This document shows, in pieces, positions 12,469-25,073 of a stretch of 64,000 nucleotides of DNA (position 1 is the stretch's first letter; the number at the start of each line of letters is the position of its first letter). The notes under the pieces are model-generated. The model had not been told where the DNA came from. It did not search any database and worked only from the letters and a program-made list of their open reading frames with translations. The DNA comes from Cyanophora paradoxa CCMP329 (Eukaryota > Plantae > Glaucophyta). Made by a program: the position numbers and the translations under genes. Location of the stretch: assembly GCA_004431415.1 (NCBI GenBank), contig QPMI01000282.1, positions 1 to 64,000 of the forward strand, in the 5' to 3' direction.

Positions 12469-15400
12469 CTACGAGGCGTCTCCCCAGAAAGCGGTGTCGA
12501 AGTCCGGGAACTGCTGCGGGGGCACCGGCACCGGCGCGCTGGCGGGCGCGCAGGACGCGGGCAGGGCGTGCGCGTCGGAGGGGCCAACCCCGCGCAGCGG
12601 ATTGTCGTGGACTTGACGAAGAGCCGAGGGGGACCGCGGCGGGGGCGCCGGCATGGACGCCGAGGGGGCGGGGGACGGTTCCACGGGGGTGCATGCTGCA
12701 GGCTTATGCACCCCAGATCCGGAGGGGGGGGATCCGGAGGGCCCGGGGGGGGAGAGCCCGGGGGGGGAGAGCCCCGTGGGGGACAGAGAGGATGGGGCCG
12801 TCGGGAGGCCGTAGAGGAGGGGGGGCGAGAGGGCGGAGCTGGGGCGCTTTGCCCCCACCCGGGGGAAGCCGGAGCCCTCCTCCCCGTCGATGTCCTCCAG
12901 CTGGGACCCCGGAGAGGCGGCGTCCGGAGGGGAAAGGCAGAGCGAGCTCAGGTGCCCCCGGCAGACCGCGATCGCCTCGACCGTCGCCCGCGCCCGCGCG
13001 TTGTGCGGCGGGAAGTACGCCTGTACCCCCACCCCCAAGCGTAAGAGAGGGGATCCCAAGGGGTGGCGAAGCGGGGTCGCACGGGGAAGCGGAGGTAGGC
13101 GCCGGCCTGGGCGCGCTCGAAGAAGCGGAGCGCCTTGGCCCACTCCCCGCACATCATGTACGTGCTCCCGAGCTGGAGGGGTACGCGATCAGAGAGTGTA
13201 ACGAGGGGGTGGGGCGAGGGGAGGGAGGGGGGTACGTGGTAGCAAACGTGTCCGATGAGGCAGGGCCGGAAGGGGCTGTTCTGGTACACGAAGTTCTGCG
13301 TTTCCTTCCCGCTCACGACGGGAAAGGAAAGAGGGGGGGACGGGAAGGGGCCGGGGGTACCGTGAAGCGGAGGTACCAGCGCATCGTCTTCGTCGCCTTC
13401 TCTCTGCGAACGAAGTGGGGGGGAGGAGGAGGAGGGGGGACGAGAGTGAGAGACTCGGGCTCCCGGCACAGGCTTGGAGGGGGCACAGTCTTAGGCGTCG
13501 TCGCGAGCGGCGGATTGCGCCGGGGCGGCCAGGGGCGAGCCGGCGCACATGGCGTCGAGGTTGCCGTGCAGGAGGGGCCCGGGGCCCTGCGCCGGCGCCC
13601 CGGCCCCGGGGGCGCGGCCCGTCCCGGAGCCGGCGCCGCCGGCGCCGGAGCCTTTTGCCGACTCCACCGGTTTCTGCGCGCGCGCACGGGCGGAGGAGTG
13701 TCGGCGGGAGTGCGGGGAATCGCGAGGGAGAGGGGCGGTAGAGGCCGGCTGGTCGACTGGCCCAGGCGATCAATTGCGGGAATTCGGCACAGCGTGCCGG
13801 GGGGAACGAGCGGAGCTGGGGAAGGAGGGGGGGGATTCAAGGGGGCGGGCGGGCGTGTTCTATCCGATGTCGAGCGCGTGGCGGTGGCGCACGATGTACT
13901 TGACGAAGTTGACGCCGATGTCGAGCTCGTGGTAGGAGAAGCAGTGCAGCTCCAGCTGCACCGGCAGCCCCCGCGAGTACTGCCGCGACCCGCGTCCGAG
14001 GCCCCGCGGTCAGGCCAGGCCGGGCTGAGGGCAGGCAGGCCAGTCCTCTAGGCCGCGCCCCAGGATCGCGCCCGCATTAAAAAACACTTAGGCGCGTACT
14101 GCCCGCGGCGATCGATCGATCGATCGATCGATCGATCGATCGCGGCCCTCGCGTCAGATGATCGATCGCTGCTCTCTAGGGGGGGAGACCGGGAGCTCTA
14201 GCCCCGGCCCCTTGGCGGGGCCCGCCCCCGACCGACAAGACGGCCGGCTCCCATCCCACAGCCCCGTCAGCGCCGAACGCACGCGGATGATGGATCGGAA
14301 GTCGGCAGAGCGGAATGCGATGTGGTGCAGCAGCTGGTACACCCGCTCCACCAGCACCCTGCGGGGCCCGGGGCGGCGGCGGCGGTCGGCGCCTGGCCGG
14401 CGGCGGCCGGAGGGGAGTGCAGCGGCGGGGCGGACCGGTAGCAGGGGGCGAGGCCCTCGAGGATCTCCGCGGAGCGGAGGTAGTAGCGCTTCGCCTCCTT
14501 CATCCGCCTCCGCATGAACGCCTCCTGCCCTGCACAGGCCGTCAGCGAGCGCGCGACTAAGAAGAGCTGGGGGAGAACTGGGGAGGGGGTACGGGCTCGC
14601 CGAGGGTGCGCATGACGACGGCTTCGACGTGGAGGTCGTGCTGCTCCTGCTCCGCGCCCGACCCGGTCTCCGCCGGCCGGAACCAGTACAGCTGCGCCCC
14701 CGGCTGAGACTGGGAGGGGGGGGGGGAGAGGCGGGGAGGGGCGGGGCGGGCCTTGGAGGCGAGGTGGGAGGCGAGGTCCCACTTGGCGGGCATCGTGAGC
14801 GCGTGGTGCGCCAGCTCGACCAGCAGCTCCGCCTCCGTGCGCGACGGCGTGTTCCCCGACCGGATCAGCAGGCTCCACGCCTGCCCCGCACCCCAGCCTC
14901 ACGCCCGGACAGAGAGGGGGCCGGCGGGTGGAGGGGGGTACGGGCCTCGAAGTAGGCGTCGAGGGCGCCCTCGTTGTCCCCGACGGCGGCGAGGGCGTAC
15001 CCCGCCTTTTGCTTCGCCCGCGCGTGCAGCAGCGGCGAGGCCGCCTGCCGGCCCCGGGTCAGATCGTAGGGCCCAGGGGAAAGCTTGGCCGCGCAGGCGT
15101 CCTCCGGCACGGTCTACCGTCCCGCTTCTACTTCGATTCGCCGCCCCCGCCCAGTGCACACCCAATATACCGCCCCGCCCCCCCCCCCATACTTCGATTC
15201 GCCGCCCGCCGCCGCCGCCCAGCGCGCACCCAGAAGGGGGCAGTGAGGGCGTTGGCGTGGTGAAGGAGGTTCAGGATGAAGGGCCGGTCCACCGGCAGCA
15301 GGTCTAGGGTCACGTGGAAGGCCTGCGAGGGGGTGGGTGGGTGGGCGGAGACAGCGGAAGCCAGGGGGAGAGGGGACGCACGTGGCCGCAGAGGACGTGC

Positions 15401-18185
15401 AGCGCGTTCCAGCAGTGCTGCGGGGCGGTCAGCTCAGCGGCAGGCGGGGGTGGAGGGGGAGGGCGGCGGGGCGCGCCTCGGCCATCAGCTGCGCGTCCTC
15501 CCTGCGGCAGGGGCGGGAGTCATGTCGGCGGGGGCCGTGAGGCGCACCCGGGGCGCGGGCGCGGGGCGCGGGGGCGCCGTGAGAGCTCGTGGGGGAGCCC
15601 GATTGGCTCTGAGCCCACCATAACGAACGTATACATAGACTCTAGCACGCTGTGGAGACGACGTAGAAGACGAAAGCTCCTAAAAAGGCTTAAATGCTTT
15701 TGTTTGCGGGGCGCACATTCCCCACTTGATGGCGCGGGGGGGCGAGGCGCCGAGCCAAGTCATCCACGCCGCCGTCACCCCATCCAGCTGCGCGCGCGCC
15801 GGGCCGGGCCGGGCCCGGGCTCAGCCAAGGAGAGGCCGAGCGCCGGCCGGTCGGCCCGGGCGGCGGGGCACGCACGAGGCGGGACGAGCCGCAGAGGCGC
15901 AGGTCCTCCAGCAGTCTGCGCGCCCGGAAGCGCCCTGCGGGGTACCGAGTTCGATGGGCGAGGGGGTTGGGGGGGGGATGGGCCGGGGGGGGGGTACCCT
16001 CGCGGCTGAGGAAGAGGGAGGTGTCGAAGAGGTCGGGGGTGGTGAGCGCCTGCCGGGGTACCGGTCGGGAAGGCAATTGGGGGGGGGGGGGGGGGGGAGG
16101 GGGGGGTACGCACGGTGGCGAGGTCCTCGCAGGCGGCGGCGACGCGGCGGGGGATGGTCTGCTCGAAGGAGACGGGGTGCCGCACGCCGGCCGCCGCCGC
16201 CGTCGACCGCACCGCCGCGTCTGGCGGGCGGGCGGATCGATCAGATCGAACGGGATCGGACCCGAAAGCGGATCGGATCGGATTCGAACCCGCGGCGGCG
16301 ACGAGGGAGAGCGCCGCTTCCCTCGCGGCGTCCGACGCGTGCCGGTAGGGCTGCCGCGGCCCCCGCGTCAGAACGGAGGCGCGCGGGCGGCGGCGCGGGG
16401 CGCGGGGCGCGCGCGCACGGCCTGCAGCTGGCGCGAGGCGTGCCGGGCCGGCGGCTTGGCCCCCTCCGCGGCGGCCGCCCGCGGGTGCGGGATCTCCGGA
16501 GCCAGCTGAGGCTGCCGGGCGGAAGAGGAGTTAAGCTCGCCGGCGGGCGCGACGGGGGCGGGCAGGCGCATGCGGGCACCGCCGCTAGCTTGGCCACGGC
16601 CGACGCGATGCTCCTGCGGCGAGACAAAGGCGGAGGCGTCGGCCGCCGCACGGCGACTCGCTGGGGCCAGCGGGCGGGCCGCGCACTCGATCCACGAGTC
16701 GGCCTCGGCCTTGACGTCGCCGGGCCCGGGGGGCTCAGCGGGGCCGAGCCCGGGGGCGCCCCCGCGTCCGGGTCCGCAGCCGGCACGAGGCTGCCGCCCG
16801 GCGACAGGGCGCTGTGCTCGCTGCCCCGGCGTCAGCGAGGGGGCCCGGGCGAAAGGGCGGGCGGGGTGGGGCAGGGCGGGGCGGGCGGACGGGTCGGGGC
16901 CGGGGCGCTCCTCGGCGGGGTCGCCGGCCACGAACGGGTTCAGGCGCGAGAAGGCGTCCACCAGCGCGTCCCCCGCCGGGCCCTCCCCCCACGCCCCCGC
17001 GGCGCTTGGGATGGAAAGGGAGAGGGCGTAGGGCGTCAGGCGAGGAGAGGGGAGCGGGGCAGGGCCGCGCACTGCTTCGCCGGGGCGCGGGCGGCGCGGG
17101 CGGGCGCGGGCGCATCGGAGTCCGAGTCGGCCTCGCCGTCCGATTCCGACGGGGAGGCGGAGGAGGGGCTGGCCCACGAGCCCCGGCGCGCCCGCTTGGG
17201 CCCCGGCGCCGGCTCCAACGCCGACGCTACCCCCTTCCGCGATGACGCCACGAAGATGCGAACGTAGCAGAGGGGGGTACCGCTCGCCGCGTCCGCGATC
17301 AGCAGCCTGGAAGAGGGGGGTGGGGGGGGTAAGAGATCGCCCGGCGGTGCGACTTGACGCGCGAGAAGGGTGGAGGGCGGGTGGGGGGGAGCGGGCGCAC
17401 GCCGTGGGGCGCCGGTTGTACGAGTGGGACGAGTTGGCTGCGGGGAGGTAAGGCGCCTGGCCGGGGAGGGGTGGGGAGGACGGAGGCGACGGGTACCGAA
17501 TCCGAAGCGGTCGTCAGAGTAGCGGCCGGCGTGGAGGACGGCACCGGCACCCCGCGCGTCCGCCTTGATCCCCAGGCGGCCGGCCTTCGGGGGGTACAGC
17601 AGCATGTTGTCCGGCACGGGTTGGCCGGTGTCTAGGGGTACGCGGAGGTTCGGAGGCTCGGAGGGATCGGGGGAGGGGGGAGGGGGGCGCCTGGCACCTG
17701 CGAAGAGGAGGAGGAGGCGGAGGGGTACGCCGATCCAGGAGTCGGCTTCGGGGGGCGCCCCGTCGGCTAGGGCGAGGCGGTACCTCCTGAGAGGCGGGGT
17801 CGGGAAGCTTGCGCGCAGGGGGGGTACGCGATCCCGGACGCACTTGTAGGAGTACAGGATGAAATCATATTCGGAGGACGGGGAGCGGGGTACGAAGTCG
17901 GGCCGGCCGGTCTCGCGGGGAAACTGGAGGCGGCGCGTCGGACGGGGCGGGGAGGCTTTGGGCGAGGCGGGGCGGGCGCACCCGGCCGTGGGCGATGGCG
18001 AAGGGGCAGGTCGCGAGGAGGGGCGGCGGGAGGGGAACCGCGGGGGGCGGCGAAAGGGTCGTCGGGGCCGGCTCGGCCGCCGCGCTGCGAGGCGGCGGGG
18101 AAGCGGCCGGCGACTCCGGCCACGGGTCGCCGGCGGCTGGATGAGCCGGTCGGAGCTGCCGGAAGACGCGCCCGGCCTGCGACAT
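12469..18185 (-). CDS. TPR-like hypothetical protein, copy 2
   Basis: Reverse-strand paralog of 526-5866 with the same exons (SEYDFILYSYK, RHPVSFEQTIPRR, GSTYMMCGEWAKALRFFE). ATG at 18185, stop at 12469. Confidence 0.7.
14109..14142. repeat. (GATC)n microsatellite in an expanded intron
   Basis: gatcgatcgatcgatcgatcgatcgatcgatcg seen directly. Confidence 0.9.
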
Positions 18186-19040
18186 GGCGGGCCGCGCGCG
18201 GCTGGCGCCCGATCGACACGGTATCGGCGCCGGCTCGCTAGTAAAGCTTAAGCCGCTACCAAGGTGCGCGGCGGGTCCGCGCCGCACGCGCTGAGCGATC
18301 ACCCGCCATGGCAGCCACTGGAGCCAAACTTTGAAAGACTAGACGGCCGCTCGGCCTCAAGCCAATGAAATGCCCGGAGGGGCAACCGCACGCGGATCTG
18401 GGAGGCCAGCCTCTGTGAGCGTGCTGCGCGTGTAGCGCGAAGGACATGCAGAGCGCACGGCCGTCTGGGATGCGAGTGCGGCAGCGCCGCCGCTTGATCG
18501 GCCTCGCCACTGGCCTGGGCCAAACCGCGCGGGGCGTTTCAGCTCGAGGCTCGTGCGCCCACGAGAGACCGAGACTCCTCTACGCTGCTGTAGTGGGAGA
18601 CTACGACAGCGTGGCGCCAATCCAACAGGCCGGCGCTTGTGGGGTCGACGTCATGGGCGGATCTAGATCTGCAGCAGCAGTGCAGGCTGTGCAGCTGCAG
18701 ACGGGCTGCTAGATCCACATTATGCAATCATGGCTTGCGCAAGCGGATGCGCGAGGCAAGAAGCTTCTGGGCGGCGCCGCCGCCGGCCGCAGGGGCTGGC
18801 AAGACTCCGCGCAAGAGTCGAACCGAGGTCGTGCGCTTCTCGAGCTCGAGCCTACTCGCCGGAGGTCGATCTAGCCATCATCTAGGTGGTCGGCGAGTCG
18901 ACGACGACGAGTCGTCGGCGACTTCAAGATAGCGCTTAGCTTGCGAATTGATGAATTTTCTGACCCCGACAATAGGGCAAACTAACGTTTTCGCCTACCC
19001 AGCCTGCTGTTTCCCCGTACCCCAGAAAGCCGTCCCGTAC

Positions 19041-19099
19041 GTAGGCGTCGTTGTAGGCGACGTTGCATGTAGGCGATTTTGTAGGCGACGACTAGGCGT
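19041..19099. repeat. Array of five (G)TAGGCG motifs, plus one inverted copy at ~18992
   Basis: gtaggcg at 19041, 19053, 19069, 19081; taggcg at 19093; tcgcctac at 18991. Confidence 0.75.
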
Positions 19100-19153
19100 C
19101 GATCAGCGGGGCCGTTACTCCTGCCGCGAGTCCTGCGGCCCCACACCCGCGTG

Positions 19154-20115
19154 ATGGAAGACCAGCGGCCCCAGCTGCAGGCTGCAGCTCACGCGGAGCT
19201 GCCCGGCGTCGGCAAGAACGCGGCGCCGGCGTCAACGGCGTGGCAGCGAGCGCGCGCCGCAAGGTTTCTTCGGGGGTTTCTTCGGCCAGTCGTACCGGCT
19301 CTCCCTCAACCCAGTGCTGCCGGGGGCGCCCGCCCAGCGCGACCAGTTCAGCGCCGTCTGCCAGTACGCGCGCGGGGCACAGCACGCGGCGATCCGGAAG
19401 GAGGTCGAGGAGTGGACGCCCCCGCCCATGTTCGTCAAGGACGGGTGTACATGTGGCGAAGCGATGGCCGACGCGAACCGCCTCGGGCTGGGGCCCACGC
19501 GACTCGAGTCCGACGCCCTCGCCGCCTTCGACGACGCCGAGGCCGGTGCACGTGCGCCCCGCTCTCCGCCCCGCGCCGCCGCCGCCGGCCCTCCGCCGCG
19601 CGCCGCCGACGGCCGGAGCGCGCGCAGGCGGCCGCGGGGCGGCGTCGTGCCGTACACATTCGACCTCGGGGGGACGAGGCCGGGGCGGGCGCCGGGCTCG
19701 GCGGGGCGGGGACGGGCTCGCGGAGGCGGCGGAGGAGGCCGCCGATCTCCCCGGCGCCGCCCCCGTGCGCCTGGGCCCGGCGCTGCGCCCCGCCCCTAGG
19801 GCTAGCTAGCTAGAGACCTCACCCGTGCCCGCAGGCGTCGGAGCTCGACCGCGCCCACGCCCTCTTCCTCTGAGCCTCGAGCGCCGCCGGGGCCGCGGGG
19901 CGCGGGACGGGTCTTCGCTACGCGTACGAGAGCTGCCGGCGCCTGTCCGACGGCCGACTGGCGGGCTCCCGCCCTCCGCCGGCCGACTTCCAGGGCCCCG
20001 ACCGGGCCCGGCCCATATCAAGAGCCCGCCACCTGCCCGCTCGGCCGTGCCCGGTGCGGGCGGCGAGGTCAATTACTGGGCCGGGGGATTCCCGGAGTCC
20101 CTCGGCCTCCAGTAG
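19154..20115 (+). CDS. Hypothetical spliced protein
   Basis: Protein-like exon QRDQFSAVCQYARGAQHAAIRKEVEEWTPPPMFVKDGC bounded by ag/gt; last exon ends EVNYWAGGFPESLGLQ*. Start uncertain. Confidence 0.4.
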
Positions 20116-21198
20116 ATCCACGGGCGCCGGCGCCCATCTGTGCTGTGGTGTGCCCGGGGTGGTCCCGCAGCCCCTTCAGAGGCGCCTTCGAGTTCCAAGC
20201 CTGCGGAACGCGCCTCTGCCGCCCGTCCCCGCCCTCCGAGGGCCCGGCAGATCCCCCACGCTGCCGCCCGCCACCGGGCCCGTCTAGATCTAGATCTAGA
20301 TCCGATCAGAGAGCTCTGCACGCCGCGCTGCACTTCCGCTGCGGCCGCAGCAGTCCCTCAGCGCCGGCGCCAGAGCCCGCGCACCCTAGTTTCTGTGCCG
20401 CAGTGCCACGTCCTCCGGCTACGGGAAAGCGGCCTCCGCTTTCCAGACTGCAATTCGGCTACGCCTAACCCATCGTCCTCCGGCACGCGTACGTGCCCTT
20501 CGGACCCCGCCGGCGCCGGGCCGACAGCTGATCAGACAGATCTAGATCTAGACCGATTAGACTGTGGCCGACATCGAAATCGAAATCGAACGTGCATGTA
20601 TACCGATCTCAGCATGCACGTCGACGTCAGTTCTCGATCTAGACCGCCATCGACATAGACCGCCGCGGCGCCGGCGCCGGCGCGGCCGTCGGATAGGCCG
20701 TCGGAGATCTAGAGCCTAGGCCGCCGGGCCTAGGCCCCCGAGGCCCTGAGGTGCAAGTCCGAACTTAATTAAATATTCTTGACTCTGAAGAATACGTACG
20801 TATACAAATTTTAGAGATCGCGTAGAATTAGCCTATAGCTAGTATATACGTACTGGTCCGCTCGGAAGGCACTGATATTAATATTTGAGCCAAGACTACC
20901 TATACTTGCGAACTGAACGGGCACAACTATGAAATGTGAAGTAGCAAAAGAATCTGCGAAGAATCCTAATTGAAAGGCATGAAGGATTCGTTTTGAAAGC
21001 TATGCATTCGAGCTCGAAGCTGCACTGAGAAAGGCTGCAGCTGTACACGTACAATCACCAGGCAAAGACAAATCTAAATACCAATGAAAGAGAAAGAAAG
21101 TTGAAAGAGAAAGTTGGGGGCGCGCAGGCCTCGACCTTCCACGGGCCGGGCCGGGCCTGGGCAGAGGCCCGAGGCCCAAGGCCTGGGGTGCTCTAGCT

Positions 21199-22072
21199 CT
21201 AGTGCCCGGGCCTCGAGTCCGACCGAAAAGCGCACACTATCCCAAAGCCGGCGAGCAGGCGGGACAGGGCGGGGTCCGCGGGAGAAGGCGAAACCGGCGC
21301 CGGCGCGGCCGCGGCCGGCGGCGGCGCGCCCTCCGGCCCCGCCCCTCCGGCTTTGGCTCTGGGGGCCTCCGCCTCCGCCTCCGCCTCCGCCTCCGCTTGC
21401 GCTTGCGCCTGCGCCCGGAGCCTGCCGAGGCGCGAACGAAGGAACGCCAGCTCCCGCTTGAGCTCGTAGTTCTCCGCCTGGGGCACGGCCAGGTCAGGAG
21501 TCGGATTCGGGGTTTTCAAAATGTATGGCCGACTGAGAGGAAGGGCGCACCAGGAGCCAGGCCTTGAGGATGCTGCAGGCCGCGAGCGCGCGGCCCGCGC
21601 GCAGCGCGCGCGCGCGCCGCCTCCGCTTCGGTCTGCAGAGCCCGGCCGCGGTGGCCCTGGGTCCCACGCAACGGTGAGCCTTGAAGGCAGGGGAGGGGCG
21701 AGGCGCGAGCGCGCACCGTCGGCGGGCCGCTAGCGCATCGCCTCCGGGCCACGCGACCAGGCCTGAGCCCGGGGCGGGGCGGGGCGCCGGCGCGACCGGG
21801 GGCCGGCACGCGGGGCTCGCCGCGGGGGAGGAGGACGAGGAGGAGGGCGAGGAAGAATACCAGGCGCAGGCCGAGGGGCTCTGCTGCGCGGCTGACATGT
21901 GCGAGGCGCGCGCGAAGGATTCGCGGCCGGCGCCCGGTGGCGGCAGCTCCAGCGGAGGCGCGCCGCCCACGGTGTCGCCGCAGCCGCAATCCTCCGACTC
22001 CTCGGGACTAATCGAGGCCGCGCGCTGGCGAGAGGAGCTGCGCGCGCATCGCTCGGAGGCCGGCGGCTGCAT
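21199..22072 (-). CDS. Degenerate bZIP-like (basic region plus leucine zipper) protein
   Basis: RPKRRRRARALRAGRALAACSILK|AENYELKRELAFLRSRLGRL: a basic stretch followed by Leu heptads, joined across a short intron. Confidence 0.5.
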
Positions 22073-23316
22073 GCGTGCGCGGTGGCGTCGAGCGCTGCCG
22101 ACGGCGACTGTGGGGCGCGCCGCGCGAATGCTGCTCCGAATTGTGTGCGCACCAAGCTCGGCGGCCTTGAACTCCCTACCGCCGAGGAATGCTGCTATGC
22201 AAGACGAGCTGCAGCTGCGGGGCGCGCGCGCGTCCATGCACATGTACAGCTGCGGCCGATCATAAGGCGCTGTCGCCGGATGAAGCAGGTGCGGCTAGCG
22301 CGCGCGCGCTCCCAGGCTGAGTCCCAGCTCACTTTGCTGCTGCTGCTGCTGCTGCTGCTGACTTTGCGTATGGCACGTGTGACGGTGTGATCATGAAGGG
22401 TGACCGCCTCCGACGTCGACGTCAAGGCGAGCTAGCGCTGCGCTACAGCTGCCGCGGTCGCGGTTGTCGACAATGAATGACACGATGGGCACGCTGGCCC
22501 CGCCCGCGCGCTAGACGCGTCACCAGGCTCCGTGGTCGCCCCAAGTTGCCCGACCGTCGGACTTGCCGGCGCGACAACACGCCCGCTCGCCTATTGAGTG
22601 GCTCGTCCTCAGGCCCGACCCGCGCTAGCGTTTCGGGTGCGCGTGCCACGGTGGCATTGCGCATGCGCTGTGCGCTCGTGGATCATCGGATAAGCTTTGT
22701 GCTGCTGCTGCTGCTGCGACGTCGACGCGCGCTCATGATCAGCCGCTCTCCTTTTTTTGCGGTAGGTTTGTCTAGTACCCCCGCATAATCTCAGCTTCCT
22801 CTACCCCTTCCAGCTTCCTCTACTAGGGTTATCGGATCTGGGACCAACAAGCTGCAAGGTCCGTCAGCCGCCAGCCCGTCCCGTCTTCTTCCTCGCATCA
22901 TCAAGCTTGTAGACGATTGTACATCTAGAGATCATACAGCAGCTGGCTAGCGCTGTTGAGCTGGCCGGCGGCACGGCACGGAGAACGTGCTCAGTATGCC
23001 AGCAGCAGCGGGAATGAGCGTACAATCATCCCGTCTGCCTTTCCAGGTGAGCTGGTCGGTTCGCCGGGCTGAGCTGCTCTCGCGTACGCGGGCTTTCCGT
23101 CCAGGCGCGGCCACGATCACTGGGTCTTCCATACAAGCTGTCTTTAAGAATGTCTATATGTGATCTACAGCCCCCCCGCGCTGCCGGGCTTGCCGACTGG
23201 CCCTTTTGATCGGGTCGTCGCTGTTGTCTCTCGGCCGGCCGCCGTCCCCTGTACTCCCGTAGCTTCGCGCATAGCGAATCTTGAGACTTTGAGAAGAGCT
23301 ATGAGCAGCATAGGAC

Positions 23317-24568
23317 ATGAAGGCGGGTTTAGAGGTCAACCAGTTGTGCCAGAGCCTTGCGCTGACGCCCTTCGCCGCGTTTCAGCCGCAGGCTGGAGAG
23401 ACGGTTTTCCACCAAGGCAAGGGCGTGGAAGTCTCGTTCAAGCCGGAGGCGGAGGGCGCGGGCGAGGCGGTGTCGTTCCAGGCGAGCGTCTTCATTTCGA
23501 CGCAGCGGGCGATCTTCGTGGAGCGGCACGCGCCCGACGGGCGCCACCGCGCCGTCCTCCCCGTACCCCTCGATGCCATCCAGGACGAGACGCTCGTCTC
23601 CCGCCTCTTCCACAGGTGCGGCGCACCGCCGCTTCCGCCGCCGCCAAGGGCGAGCGAGCGACGCTGACGCGCTGAACGTCTTCTCGGCGCGGCGCGCGCA
23701 GCGACTACGTGAAATTCAAGACGGCGACGGGCGAGCTCGTTGGCAAGTTCCGCATCACATGCGGGCACCTGCCCCGCAGCCAGGCCAGCCACGCCGTCCA
23801 GAAGGGTGCGCGCCCGGCCGGCCGCCCAGCGCCGCCCCATCCGGGAGCGTGGCTGCCTCTGACGGCCGCGCCGCGTGCGCAGTCTACTTCGTTCTGCTCT
23901 TCCGGCTCTGCGAGGTCCGGTTCCGGCCCGTGTTTCTCCAGGAGGAGCCGGAACCCTGCGACTACGGCTGCGGCGCCCCCTGCCGCGCCTCCCCCTCCGC
24001 CTCGCCGCTGCCGCCGAGCCCGGCGCGAAGCCCCGGCTCGGTGCACCCGTGCTGCCTCCCCGGCGAGGGGGGCGCCTGCGGCATGCCGGAGCTGCACCTG
24101 CCGCCCCCGGCCCTCCCGCCGGGCCCCGCCTCGCGCTCCCGCCGCGGCTCAAACGCCTCCACGGCCTCCTCCTCGTCCGCCGCCTCGGCCGCCTCGGGCG
24201 CCGCCGAGCGGCACGCGCTGTGCACGTGCCCCGCCGGCGCGGGGGCGTGCGAGGGGACGTGCCAGCCGCGGGCGACGCGGCGGCGCGGCTCGAACGGGAA
24301 GATCAAGCAGCCGTTCGTGGACCTCGCCTCGGGCGAGGTGCAGTACCTCGAGTGCGAGTTCGAGCCCCGGCGGGTCGCCTTCGCCGCCGACGGCGTCCTC
24401 TACCTCGCCGAGGAGCCGGCCCCCGCCACGATCGCGATCGCTGCGGGCCCGCCCCTCGCCGGCCTCCACCCGACGCCCCCGCCGGGGCCGCCCCCGCGCC
24501 AGTTCTCCACGAAGGACCTGCAGCGCACCCTGCAGCAAGTCCGCGCCCTCTGCAAGCGCTACCAGTGA
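23317..24568 (+). CDS. GRAM/PH-like domain protein (WBP2-like N-terminus) with Cys/Pro-rich tail
   Basis: PQAGETVFHQGKGVEVSF...ASVFISTQRAIFV...VPLDAIQDETLVSRLF resembles the WBP2-type GRAM pattern; three short introns; TGA at 24568. Confidence 0.6.
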
Positions 24569-25073
24569 CCCCTCCGGATCCGCATATGCATTTGAATTTC
24601 AACTTTCTCTCGCCACTCGCTCGCCCGCACAGTACGCGTAGCTCAGCTCTAGTTTCACATTTTTCGTTTATAAGTAGTTCTTCGTCCCTTTCGGGAAGTC
24701 GACGTGCACAGCTCCGGATCCCTGCGTTTATTTGAGATCGGGTTTGGGTTTCAATTGAACGTGTTGTACAGATATTTAGACTCAGTGACTGGCCATGGCC
24801 ATGAGCGCACAATCCATTTTCTGCGTTCTTCGAATTCCGGGTTCGCAATCGGGACAGGCCAATGTATGTAGTTAGCCGCAGGCCGCGCGCGCAGCTGTTA
24901 GTTTTATATTAGGCGCCTCGCTCAGGCAGATCGTTTAGGGGCAGCTGCAGGCCACCCCGGGCCCTGGGCTTTGGCTCAGGCGACCTGCCGTGCCTGCGAT
25001 TTTGTAGTCGTATGTATATATGCTAAAGCTTCGATTCTGCTATTAAAACAACAAGTTGCGGCCTCGCGACCGG

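Larger units (their letters stand above)
12469..18706. repeat. Right arm of the inverted duplication
   Basis: Reverse complement of 1-5866, including about 500 bp upstream of the ATG. Confidence 0.95.

Noticed and set aside
1-18706. Giant TIR element (Polinton-like)
   Set aside because: The arms are intron-rich genes and the spacer has no integrase, polymerase, capsid or transposase motifs.
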